This document shows, one piece after another, positions 46,800 through 54,626 of a stretch of 64,000 nt of DNA. How positions within the stretch are numbered: position 1 is the stretch's first letter; the number at the start of each line of letters is the position of its first letter. The DNA lies in the NCBI GenBank assembly GCA_009698575.1, contig WLPX01000003.1:36310-100309 (forward strand), written 5' to 3'. This stretch comes from Actinomycetota bacterium. GTDB lineage: Bacteria; Actinomycetota; Actinomycetes; S36-B12; UBA5976. Below the pieces are notes generated by a model that saw only the letters and a program-made list of their open reading frames with translations, was not told where the DNA came from and made no database searches. The translations under genes were made by a program, and so were the position numbers.

Positions 46800-47905
46800 G
46801 CTTCATCCAAACTTGGCGGTGCTACCGCATATCGAACTGGTGTTTTGGAAAAAGTTATTGGGTTTGCAACTTGTTTGCGCGCTTCGCCATCTTGATTCAT
46901 TGTGATGATCGGATTTAATCCAAGTGACTCTGCGAATTTAAACGCATCGTCTAAAGCATTGATTGGACCACATGGCACGCCCACTTCGGACAGGTTATGC
47001 CACCAGTGATCTGCGCCAAATTTGCGGAACTCGGAATTTAGTAAATCATTTAGCGCTACTCGATGTTCGACTCGATCTGGGTTAGTCAAGAATCTCGGAT
47101 CGCTGGCAACATCTGCGATCCCTAATGCGTCACATAGTTTTGCGAACTGTCCATCATTGCCGACTGCAATTACAACTGGTCGATCTGCAGTTTGGTAAAC
47201 CTCGTATGGCGTGATTGACGGATGCGCATTTCCTAAAATTCCTGGAACTACATCACCTGAGACATATGAACTTGCTTGGTTTACCATCGCAGACAGCAGC
47301 GACGAAAGTAAGTTAACTTCGATTTCCTGACCTTCGCCAGATAAGTTTCGATGATTAAGTGCTGCCAAAATTCCGATCGTGGCATGCATTCCAGTGATTA
47401 CATCAACAAGTGCGACGCCAACTTTAGTTGGCTGCCCAGGTCCTGGACCGGTAACACTCATCAAGCCACCCATGGCTTGGACGAGCAAGTCATAGCCAGG
47501 CATTTGTGCACCGGCGCCCGATCCAAAACCGGTAATGGAACAGTAGATAACTTCGGGCTTTAGTTCTTTAACGCTCGCGTAATCCAGACCGAATTTCACG
47601 CTATTGCTCGGTGGAAAATTATGGATGACTATGTCAGCACGTTTAACTAACTCGCGAGCTTCGGCAAGGCCCTCAGCGCTGGTCATATCGATGGCAACTG
47701 AAGTCTTGTTTCGATTTACGGATTCAAAGTAAGTAGCCCGACCAGCAGGATCGTATGGTGGTCCCCAGTGCCGAGTATCGTCGCCAACTTCGGGGCGCTC
47801 AATCTTTATAACCGTCGCGCCCATATCGCCGAGCAACATAGTTGCGTATGGGCCAGCCAAAACGCGTGTGAAATCTGCTACAACTAACCCGTCTAAAGCG
47901 CCCAC
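46796..47905 (-). CDS. Family III (CaiB/BaiF) CoA-transferase
   Basis: 369 aa with the N-terminal signature LDGLVVADFTRVLAGPYATMLLGDMGATVIKIE. Confidence 0.85.
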   Translation of the reverse strand: MGALDGLVVADFTRVLAGPYATMLLGDMGATVIKIERPEVGDDTRHWGPPYDPAGRATYFESVNRNKTSVAIDMTSAEGLAEARELVKRADIVIHNFPPSNSVKFGLDYASVKELKPEVIYCSITGFGSGAGAQMPGYDLLVQAMGGLMSVTGPGPGQPTKVGVALVDVITGMHATIGILAALNHRNLSGEGQEIEVNLLSSLLSAMVNQASSYVSGDVVPGILGNAHPSITPYEVYQTADRPVVIAVGNDGQFAKLCDALGIADVASDPRFLTNPDRVEHRVALNDLLNSEFRKFGADHWWHNLSEVGVPCGPINALDDAFKFAESLGLNPIITMNQDGEARKQVANPITFSKTPVRYAVAPPSLDEA

Positions 47906-47956
47906 ATACTGATTGTATCCAATCTCAAGGATTGAAATACTTCAGGAATAGTTGCC

Positions 47957-48742
47957 TTAAATGTCCTTTAACTCAACGATTCTGCCACGCTCGCCAGGCT
48001 GATCCGAGGTTGCTGGTCGGCCTTTAGTTCGCACCGTGATCCGGGTGCGATCCCCACGAAACAGGTCATGTGAGTACTCGATTTTGCGACCTTGGGTATC
48101 CATTGTGGTTCGGGTCACGGATAGTAAAGGAGATCCCAACGGGACTTCCAAGATTCGCGCTTCATCAGTTGTGGCATTTATTAAGTCAATTTGTTCAACA
48201 GCTTCATCAGGAACTGTTTCATAGTGTTTACCAAGTAATTCATAAATTGAATCACCTAGTGGCCTTTCTAATAGGCCCGGAAACATGTCCGCTGGAAATC
48301 TCGCGTGTTCTAGTGAAATTGGAATGCTATCTGCCAAACGAATTCGCACTACATCAAAAATATGTTCGCCCTCAGAAAGTCCCAAAGCCATTTGAGTCTT
48401 TAGATCCGCCGGCATAACCGAGGCGCTGATTAATTTCGTTCCTGCCGTAAAGCCTTGTCCCCGAAGTAATGATGGGACACCGACAATTTGCGATAAGTCT
48501 CGATCAAGTTTTTCGGAAGCAACAAATGTGCCACCGCCCCTACCTGGCAACCTTCGAACAATGCCTGTTTCTTCTAATGCAGAAAGTGCTAGTCGCAACG
48601 TGGATCGACTAACTTGATATTCAGCTGCGAGTTCGCGTTCAGCAATTAGTTTTTGACCTGGGCGAAGTTGACCAGTTGAAATCTGTCCCAAAATACGTTG
48701 GCGCACATCTTCGGCAGTGCGACCCAAATCGTTTTCGTTCAC
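47957..48742 (-). CDS. GntR-family regulator, HutC subfamily (UTRA effector domain)
   Basis: 261 aa. HTH region ERELAAEYQVSRSTLRLALSALEETG followed by a UTRA-like beta-rich C-terminal domain. GTG start. Confidence 0.8.
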   Translation of the reverse strand: MNENDLGRTAEDVRQRILGQISTGQLRPGQKLIAERELAAEYQVSRSTLRLALSALEETGIVRRLPGRGGGTFVASEKLDRDLSQIVGVPSLLRGQGFTAGTKLISASVMPADLKTQMALGLSEGEHIFDVVRIRLADSIPISLEHARFPADMFPGLLERPLGDSIYELLGKHYETVPDEAVEQIDLINATTDEARILEVPLGSPLLSVTRTTMDTQGRKIEYSHDLFRGDRTRITVRTKGRPATSDQPGERGRIVELKDI

Positions 48743-48766
48743 AGGACAACAGTAACTGCGTACTTG

Positions 48767-49549
48767 CTACATTGCTTCAAGCGCTGCAAGTGATTCGGGC
48801 AAAATTTGGCCGCCATCGATAACCAGAGCCTGCCCAGTTACATACGCCGCTTCTTTTGTTGCGAAAAAGAGTGCTGCGTTACCGATGTCATCAACTTCAC
48901 CAAGTCGACCTTGCGGAACTGATGCTTCCATTGCTTTTCGATACTCGGGACCCATGTCGGCTAAACCTTCAGTTGCAATGTTTCCTGGCAATACTGCGTT
49001 GACTGTTATCCCCTTCGGCGCGAGTTCAATCGCAGCGGTACGCATGAATCCAAGTTGCGCTGCTTTACTGGCTCCGTAATGTGACCAGCCTGGGAAGCCA
49101 GTAACTGGACCAGTGATTGATGACGTTAAAACGATTCGTCCGTGACCTGACTTTTCTAAAGCAGGCAAACAAGCCTGTACCGAAAGCATGGTGCCTTTTA
49201 CATTTGTGCCAAAGACTAAGTCCATATCAGCCTCTGACATCGTTGCCAATTTTGAATCTGGGAAAATTCCGGCATTAGCGCAAAGCACGTCAATGCCACC
49301 ATTGCGCTCGATGGCAGTTGCTGCAACGCGATCGCAATCTGCTTTACTGCTGACCTCGGCGATTAAGTAGGTAACAGTTCCGCCACCTAATCCAGTTAGT
49401 TCTGCGCAGGCAGACTTTGCACTCGCTTCATCACGGCCTGTTATTAGGACATTCGCTCCAGCTTTAGCAAAAACCCTGGCTATGCCTTTACCAATACCTT
49501 TAGTACCGCCAGTTACAACGACTGAGTATCCGGCTACTGATGTGAACAT
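48767..49549 (-). CDS. Short-chain dehydrogenase/reductase (candidate amino-alcohol dehydrogenase / aminoacetone reductase)
   Basis: [12 protein letters not shown] cofactor motif and catalytic YGASKAA. ATG at 49549, preceded by GGGAG, is preferred over the TTG at 49561 that begins the longest ORF. Confidence 0.85.
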   Translation of the reverse strand: MFTSVAGYSVVVTGGTKGIGKGIARVFAKAGANVLITGRDEASAKSACAELTGLGGGTVTYLIAEVSSKADCDRVAATAIERNGGIDVLCANAGIFPDSKLATMSEADMDLVFGTNVKGTMLSVQACLPALEKSGHGRIVLTSSITGPVTGFPGWSHYGASKAAQLGFMRTAAIELAPKGITVNAVLPGNIATEGLADMGPEYRKAMEASVPQGRLGEVDDIGNAALFFATKEAAYVTGQALVIDGGQILPESLAALEAM

Positions 49550-49596
49550 TTGCACTCCCAATTTAGGTTTTTCAAGTTACGGAAAAGTATCTCTAA

Positions 49597-50586
49597 TTAT
49601 GCGAACTTAGACAGGTAGTTTTCGGCTAATTCACAACTTACTTTGGTGAAATTTGCGCCCATTTCTTTACCAGTGTCGGTATCTTGATGCGACCCAACCC
49701 AGGCAACCAGCAAGAGTCGGCGAAACAGTATGAAAGTTGGAAGTTCGACTTCCTCTTCTTTGCTGAGTGGAGAAACACTTCGGTAGCCATCTACCCATGA
49801 CGCAGTCATCTCGGGAACTAGTGGATGGTCTTCAATAAAGGAAACAGACGACCCAAGGTCGTACATAAACCAGCTAAGTCCGCAGTCATCAAAGTCAATT
49901 ACTGTTACGTCACTGCCTGCAACCAATAAATTAGCTAGCCGCATGTCTGCATGTACCAACCCAAATCGATCTTCACTTTTGCCGTAACGTTCCAGTCGCG
50001 ATTTGAGTGTGTCAGAAAGTCTGCCAAGGATTTCAAGTTCAGTTGGCCCCATAGCAAGTCCATCGCGCCAAGATCCCCAGTGACCATTTGGACCAAGCGC
50101 AGTTTCGTAGTCCCAAGTGAATCTAGAGAAGTTACTTGGACGGCTCCATTGCTTTGATTGATCATGCAGACGTGCAGTTATTGCGCCCAAAGTTTTGAAA
50201 TCATCAACCATGCGCTCTTCGGTAGGTTCAACACCCGGCATAAATTCAAACATCACCGCATGACGTTCTTCACCAGTTGAATCTTTCGCGAGAATGATTT
50301 GCTCACCTGAACCAGCAGGCAAAATTGCTGGGGTTCGAACCAATTGAATTTCGCGCAATGACTGCACCCAGTCAAGCTCACTTTGAATAGCTTGTTTCGA
50401 ATGGTAAAACGGTCGGTGGATTCGCAGAATCGTATCTAGACCAGTGGTGCTATCAGTGACCTTGAAGGTTGCATTCTCCGACAGGTTTAGTAGCGAAATC
50501 TTGGAATCCGCAGGATAGCCAAACTTCGCTACCGCATCTACGGCAAACTCTTGCAACTTTGTAGGTTCGTTCGAATACCCACTCAT
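49597..50586 (-). CDS. APH/choline-kinase-fold kinase (candidate amino-alcohol kinase)
   Basis: 329 aa. Brenner motif HADMRLANLLV and metal-binding IDFDD. Confidence 0.85.
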   Translation of the reverse strand: MSGYSNEPTKLQEFAVDAVAKFGYPADSKISLLNLSENATFKVTDSTTGLDTILRIHRPFYHSKQAIQSELDWVQSLREIQLVRTPAILPAGSGEQIILAKDSTGEERHAVMFEFMPGVEPTEERMVDDFKTLGAITARLHDQSKQWSRPSNFSRFTWDYETALGPNGHWGSWRDGLAMGPTELEILGRLSDTLKSRLERYGKSEDRFGLVHADMRLANLLVAGSDVTVIDFDDCGLSWFMYDLGSSVSFIEDHPLVPEMTASWVDGYRSVSPLSKEEEVELPTFILFRRLLLVAWVGSHQDTDTGKEMGANFTKVSCELAENYLSKFA

Positions 50587-50660
50587 TTAACTCTCCTACC
50601 AACACCTTTATTTTGGCTCACTTGCCAATTGGTTTTGTCACTTTTGGGGAAGAAAAATGT

Positions 50661-51317
50661 TTAACCTTGATCGCGTCCAACAACTGATTCGAGAGCTTTG
50701 GTAATTGCATCACGAGCCTTAGTTACACTTTCCGTTGAGCCACTCATGTAAACCCGTCCGGCTGCACCAATCATCTGTACATCAACCAAAGTCACATCTG
50801 GGGCAACTTTTTCGGCTTCATTAGCAGCCACAGTTGCAAACAACGCCGGTGTCATTTCATAAACCAACAGAGATTCACCTGGCATAACCATTGACGCTTG
50901 CCGATTGCGGTTGAGAATAATGGCATGTTGATCCGTGATGTTTTCAATAATGTCGCTGTAAAGAATCCGGGGACGTAATTGGTCAGCTGCTGAAGCGTTT
51001 ATGCCATCAAGGATCGCCTGACCAGCTCGCTTTACCAATTCAATGTCAGAAGCGTGAACTTCTAAAACACCAAACTGACGTTCCACGAACAAAATGCCAG
51101 GTTCAACTTCAGGTACCGACTTCAGCGCCAAGTCAATTACTCGCTCGATCGCAAGCCCGGGTGCTACCTCGATGATCAAAGAGTGCTGACCACCATATGG
51201 AGGGTAACCCCGAGCTCGCGTCGGCGTGCTCATATAAGCAGCAAATTGCTGCTGGAGCTCTTCAACAAGCAAGTAGACGCGTAGTTCGGGCCCTGCTACG
51301 AGCGGGCCCGCACTCAA
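50661..51317 (-). CDS. Tandem BMC-domain shell protein (BMC-T type), paralogue 1
   Basis: 218 aa with two internal BMC-like repeats ([20 protein letters not shown]...[15 protein letters not shown] and [20 protein letters not shown]...[16 protein letters not shown]). TTG start overlapping the BMC-H stop (TTGA). Confidence 0.8.
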   Translation of the reverse strand: MSAGPLVAGPELRVYLLVEELQQQFAAYMSTPTRARGYPPYGGQHSLIIEVAPGLAIERVIDLALKSVPEVEPGILFVERQFGVLEVHASDIELVKRAGQAILDGINASAADQLRPRILYSDIIENITDQHAIILNRNRQASMVMPGESLLVYEMTPALFATVAANEAEKVAPDVTLVDVQMIGAAGRVYMSGSTESVTKARDAITKALESVVGRDQG

Positions 51318-51598
51318 GCGGACTCGCCTACTTTGAAGTACTTGCTTAGTTCTGCATGTGGACGTGGAATTACGTGCTGTGAAACTAGTTCGCCAACTTG
51401 GTTAACTGCTTCGGCACCTGCGTCAGTTGCAGCCTTAACTGCGCCGACATCACCCACGATGACAACAGTCACAAGACCGTCGCCAACTTCTTCACGCGCA
51501 ACAATAGTTACATTGGCTGCCTTAACCATGGCATCTGCAGCAGCAACTGCTGCAACATATCCCTTAGTCTCGATCAAGCCCAGTGCGTTGCTTGACAT
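51314..51598 (-). CDS. BMC-H hexameric shell protein (Pfam00936-type)
   Basis: 94 aa: [26 protein letters not shown]...[23 protein letters not shown], a canonical PduA/CcmK-like sequence. Strong SD AGGAGA upstream. Confidence 0.93.
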   Translation of the reverse strand: MSSNALGLIETKGYVAAVAAADAMVKAANVTIVAREEVGDGLVTVVIVGDVGAVKAATDAGAEAVNQVGELVSQHVIPRPHAELSKYFKVGESA

Positions 51599-51680
51599 AT
51601 CTTTCTCCTATTTGTGATTGCAAACGGTTGTTTGCTTTCGGTTTATTCAGTCTTACTTGCCTGGTTTCCCAGGCGGTGTA

Positions 51681-51950
51681 CTAAGAAGCGCTGTGCTTCC
51701 CAGAACTCTTAGTGTCCTCATCAATCGAACCGATGATGAGAGCATCAATTGGCGGTGTTACGTCTGGGAACCAAGCTGCTGCTACTGAGCCAGTTGAAAC
51801 CAAAACGCTTTCCCCAATTCCGGAACCCAGAACGTCGAAAGCAACCAAGTGTGCGCCACCTTCAACTTCGACTTCGAGAAATGCCCCGTGGGGAATCTCA
51901 GTTAGACGACGGGTCGCCCATACATTGCCGATGACTCGAGCTTTTAACAT
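51681..51950 (-). CDS. BMC-P pentameric vertex protein (EutN/CcmL family)
   Basis: 89 aa: MLKARVIGNVWATRR...LVAFDVLGSGIGESVLVSTGS...IDALIIGSID, the typical EutN/CcmL pattern. Confidence 0.9.
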   Translation of the reverse strand: MLKARVIGNVWATRRLTEIPHGAFLEVEVEGGAHLVAFDVLGSGIGESVLVSTGSVAAAWFPDVTPPIDALIIGSIDEDTKSSGKHSAS

Positions 51951-52438
51951 CAGCGCATCACCGATCCCTTCTGATTATCTTGTTGACTTTCTTTTATGAT
52001 CGTCACACCTAAGTCGCGAGCTTTATCTCGCGCTAGTGATGTGACGACAACTTTGCGACCCACGATCAAAGTTGATCCGGATTCGGCAGCTTTTCTGATT
52101 GTTGACTCGGTAACAGCACCCTTTTCGATTCGGGTAGTCCCGCTATTATCTGCAACGTTAGCTTTCGCTTGGTCAGTTAACTGAAAAACGATTTCACCCT
52201 CGCGCAGCGCGCTCAGAGTTTTTGCATCTGCGGCCAAGTCAAGAATCCGATGCACAAAAGTTTGTACCTGAACGTCACTGGTCAAGGAAACCATTTCAAC
52301 AACTTGTGCTGGTTTTTGAGTAGGTGTCGCGTTGCCAGCTAAAGCTTTTGCAATGTCACTTGCCCCACTGGCGCCACCTAGCGCATCTCGCAGTGCTTCG
52401 CGGACGAGCGCCCGAAGCATTTCGTTATCTGTAGACAT
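51950..52438 (-). CDS. BMC-locus hypothetical protein with N-terminal encapsulation-peptide-like amphipathic helix
   Basis: 162 aa. EMLRALVREALRDAL (52379-52423), then a Gly/Ala/Pro/Gln linker, then a roughly 110-aa domain ending VVVTSLARDKARDLGVTI. Translationally coupled on both sides (TGATG). Confidence 0.6.
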   Translation of the reverse strand: MSTDNEMLRALVREALRDALGGASGASDIAKALAGNATPTQKPAQVVEMVSLTSDVQVQTFVHRILDLAADAKTLSALREGEIVFQLTDQAKANVADNSGTTRIEKGAVTESTIRKAAESGSTLIVGRKVVVTSLARDKARDLGVTIIKESQQDNQKGSVMR

Positions 52439-53037
52439 CAGCGCTCACTCAAAACTCGTTCAGCAACTTCAGCTGCCGCTCGAACATTTGCTTCTTTGCC
52501 AGATAAGTACACCCGACCAGTAGCGCCAATCATCCGGTAGTCAACAACTTTTATGTCAGTTGCCTTTTCCGCTTCATTAGTTGCCAAGATCGCATATGAC
52601 GCCGGTTGAACTTCCAATATGTACAAAGATTCACCCGGCAGAATCATCGAACCGACTTTGTTTCGATTGATAAGGAATGCATGCTGTTGATCCACGGATG
52701 GAACGACTCGGGAAGCCAAGATTTTAGGTTTTGTCGCTTCCGACTCAGATGTTCCAAGAGCTGCTAGTACTGCCTGACCGGCAGCGCGCACTTCTTCGGT
52801 TGGACCATGAATTTCTAGGTATCCGAAGGTTCGCTCTACGAACAAGATTCCAGCCTGAACATTTGCATGTTTTAGGGCAACGTCGGTCAACGCTTCAATG
52901 TCCAGACCAGGTGCAACTTCAATCACCTGGGCAGCCATGTTTGCGCGTGGCAAAGCTCCCTTAACCCATGAGCCCAAATAGCACATAGTTTGAGGTTGCA
53001 TCTGGTCGATATAGATGAACGACCGAAGCTCTGCCAT
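52438..53037 (-). CDS. Tandem BMC-domain shell protein (BMC-T type), paralogue 2
   Basis: 199 aa with two BMC-like repeats (VIEVAPGLDIEALTDVALKH...LEIHGPTEEVRAAG and ILEVQPASYAILATNEAEKA...VYLSGKEANVRAAAE). Collinear with the 218-aa paralogue. Confidence 0.8.
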   Translation of the reverse strand: MAELRSFIYIDQMQPQTMCYLGSWVKGALPRANMAAQVIEVAPGLDIEALTDVALKHANVQAGILFVERTFGYLEIHGPTEEVRAAGQAVLAALGTSESEATKPKILASRVVPSVDQQHAFLINRNKVGSMILPGESLYILEVQPASYAILATNEAEKATDIKVVDYRMIGATGRVYLSGKEANVRAAAEVAERVLSER

Positions 53038-53054
53038 GTATCTCTCTTCTCTAA

Positions 53055-54626
53055 TTAGTTCTTAATCAATGCGTGAAGTTCTTCGACAATCAGTTTCCGA
53101 ATTTCGTCGCGTAATTCTGCAACGTCTTGGGAAATTGGTTCACGATGAATCGGCGCAGGCACTTGGGCGTTGTTGCGATCATTTGAAGCCGTTGGGTAGG
53201 CCGGAACTGGTCCTGAAGGAGCTGTCCACGGATTCAAACCTGCAAACGTTGGCATTACTTCGCGCACGTCTGAGTTGTAAGCCAAGCGTGTGTAATTAAG
53301 TAAGTGTTTTGGTTGCAGGTTTTCGCCGACTGAAGATCGGCCGGCAAATCCAGTGCCAATTGTCATAGTTGGTGGCAAGTTTGTTTGGATTCCGGAGGCA
53401 CCAAGGCTGTTGCCCACATTCACCGAAACGCGTAGCACTGGAACCGCAGCGCTGAATTTCATAATTAGTTCTGGATTGGCGCTATGAATTGCGGCAGAGT
53501 GCCCTGCTCCGGTGATTCGTAAAATGGCGCGCGCAATATCAATGCCGCGCTCTGCAGTTGGAACTCGAACAAATCCCAAAACTGGACATAACTTTTCATG
53601 AGCAAAAGGTTCTTCAGGAACCACTAATTCAAACGGTGCGACCAAGGCTCTGGTTTTCGCCGGAACTTTTATGCCAGCTTGTTCTGCAATCCAAACGGCA
53701 TCTTTACCAACCATTTTTATGTTGAAGTGACCTTCTGGAAATACCGTGCTTCGAATTGCGTCGCGCTCTTCGTCTTTGAGAACATAGGCACCTTCACGGG
53801 CGAAAGCCAAAAGCAACTTATCTGCAATCGCTTCTTCTGCGATTACAACACTTTCGTTGGTGCACAAAATGGAGTTATCAAATGCCTTGCTCTCGATAAT
53901 TCGAGCTGCGGTTTTTTGGATGTCGGCTGTTGAATCAACTAAAACTGGAACATTTCCAGGACCCACGCCAATTGCTGGGTTTCCGCTGCGGTAAGCAGAT
54001 CGCACAACTGGGCTACCACCAGTAGCAACAATTACATCTGTGCGCTCATCGGTCATTAAGGCGTTAATTAATGGAATTGAAGGATCTTCCACAATTTGAA
54101 TGATTCCATCTGGGGCGCCCGCAGCAACTGCTGCTTCTGCCATTGCCTTGGCTGCTGCAACACAAACTTTCTTTGCCATTGGGTGCGGGCTAATGATGAT
54201 TGCGTTTCGAGTCATCAAAGCCAAAATGATTTTGAACGAAACTGTAGCAACCGGATTAGTGGAAGGCGTTAACGCCAGAACTACGCCAGCAGGCCTAGGA
54301 ATGGCAACAATTTTGTTAACTTCATCGATTTCTGGTGAAACAAAATCTTGACCTCGATAGGCATCAACAATTCCGGTAGAGCAAGCAACATTCTTTAGTA
54401 ACTTGTGTTCCGCTACACCAAAGCCAGTTTCCGCCACTGCATCACGTGCGAACTCTTGTGCCCGAGCGGCCAATGCCGAAGCTGCGGCATCAACAATTCG
54501 ATTAACTGTTGCTACGTCGTACTTTGCGTATGCTCGTGCAGCCCAATCAGCACGTTCGACCATGGCTCGCCCGCGAGGTACGCCGGCTGGTTCAACCATC
54601 AATGGTTCATAAGTCATTTCGCTCAT
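53055..54626 (-). CDS. CoA-acylating aldehyde dehydrogenase (PduP/EutE-like) with C-terminal encapsulation peptide
   Basis: 523 aa. Catalytic Cys in NSILCTNES. A Pro-rich linker is followed by the amphipathic helix DVAELRDEIRKLIVEELHALIKN (53058-53126). Confidence 0.88.
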   Translation of the reverse strand: MSEMTYEPLMVEPAGVPRGRAMVERADWAARAYAKYDVATVNRIVDAAASALAARAQEFARDAVAETGFGVAEHKLLKNVACSTGIVDAYRGQDFVSPEIDEVNKIVAIPRPAGVVLALTPSTNPVATVSFKIILALMTRNAIIISPHPMAKKVCVAAAKAMAEAAVAAGAPDGIIQIVEDPSIPLINALMTDERTDVIVATGGSPVVRSAYRSGNPAIGVGPGNVPVLVDSTADIQKTAARIIESKAFDNSILCTNESVVIAEEAIADKLLLAFAREGAYVLKDEERDAIRSTVFPEGHFNIKMVGKDAVWIAEQAGIKVPAKTRALVAPFELVVPEEPFAHEKLCPVLGFVRVPTAERGIDIARAILRITGAGHSAAIHSANPELIMKFSAAVPVLRVSVNVGNSLGASGIQTNLPPTMTIGTGFAGRSSVGENLQPKHLLNYTRLAYNSDVREVMPTFAGLNPWTAPSGPVPAYPTASNDRNNAQVPAPIHREPISQDVAELRDEIRKLIVEELHALIKN

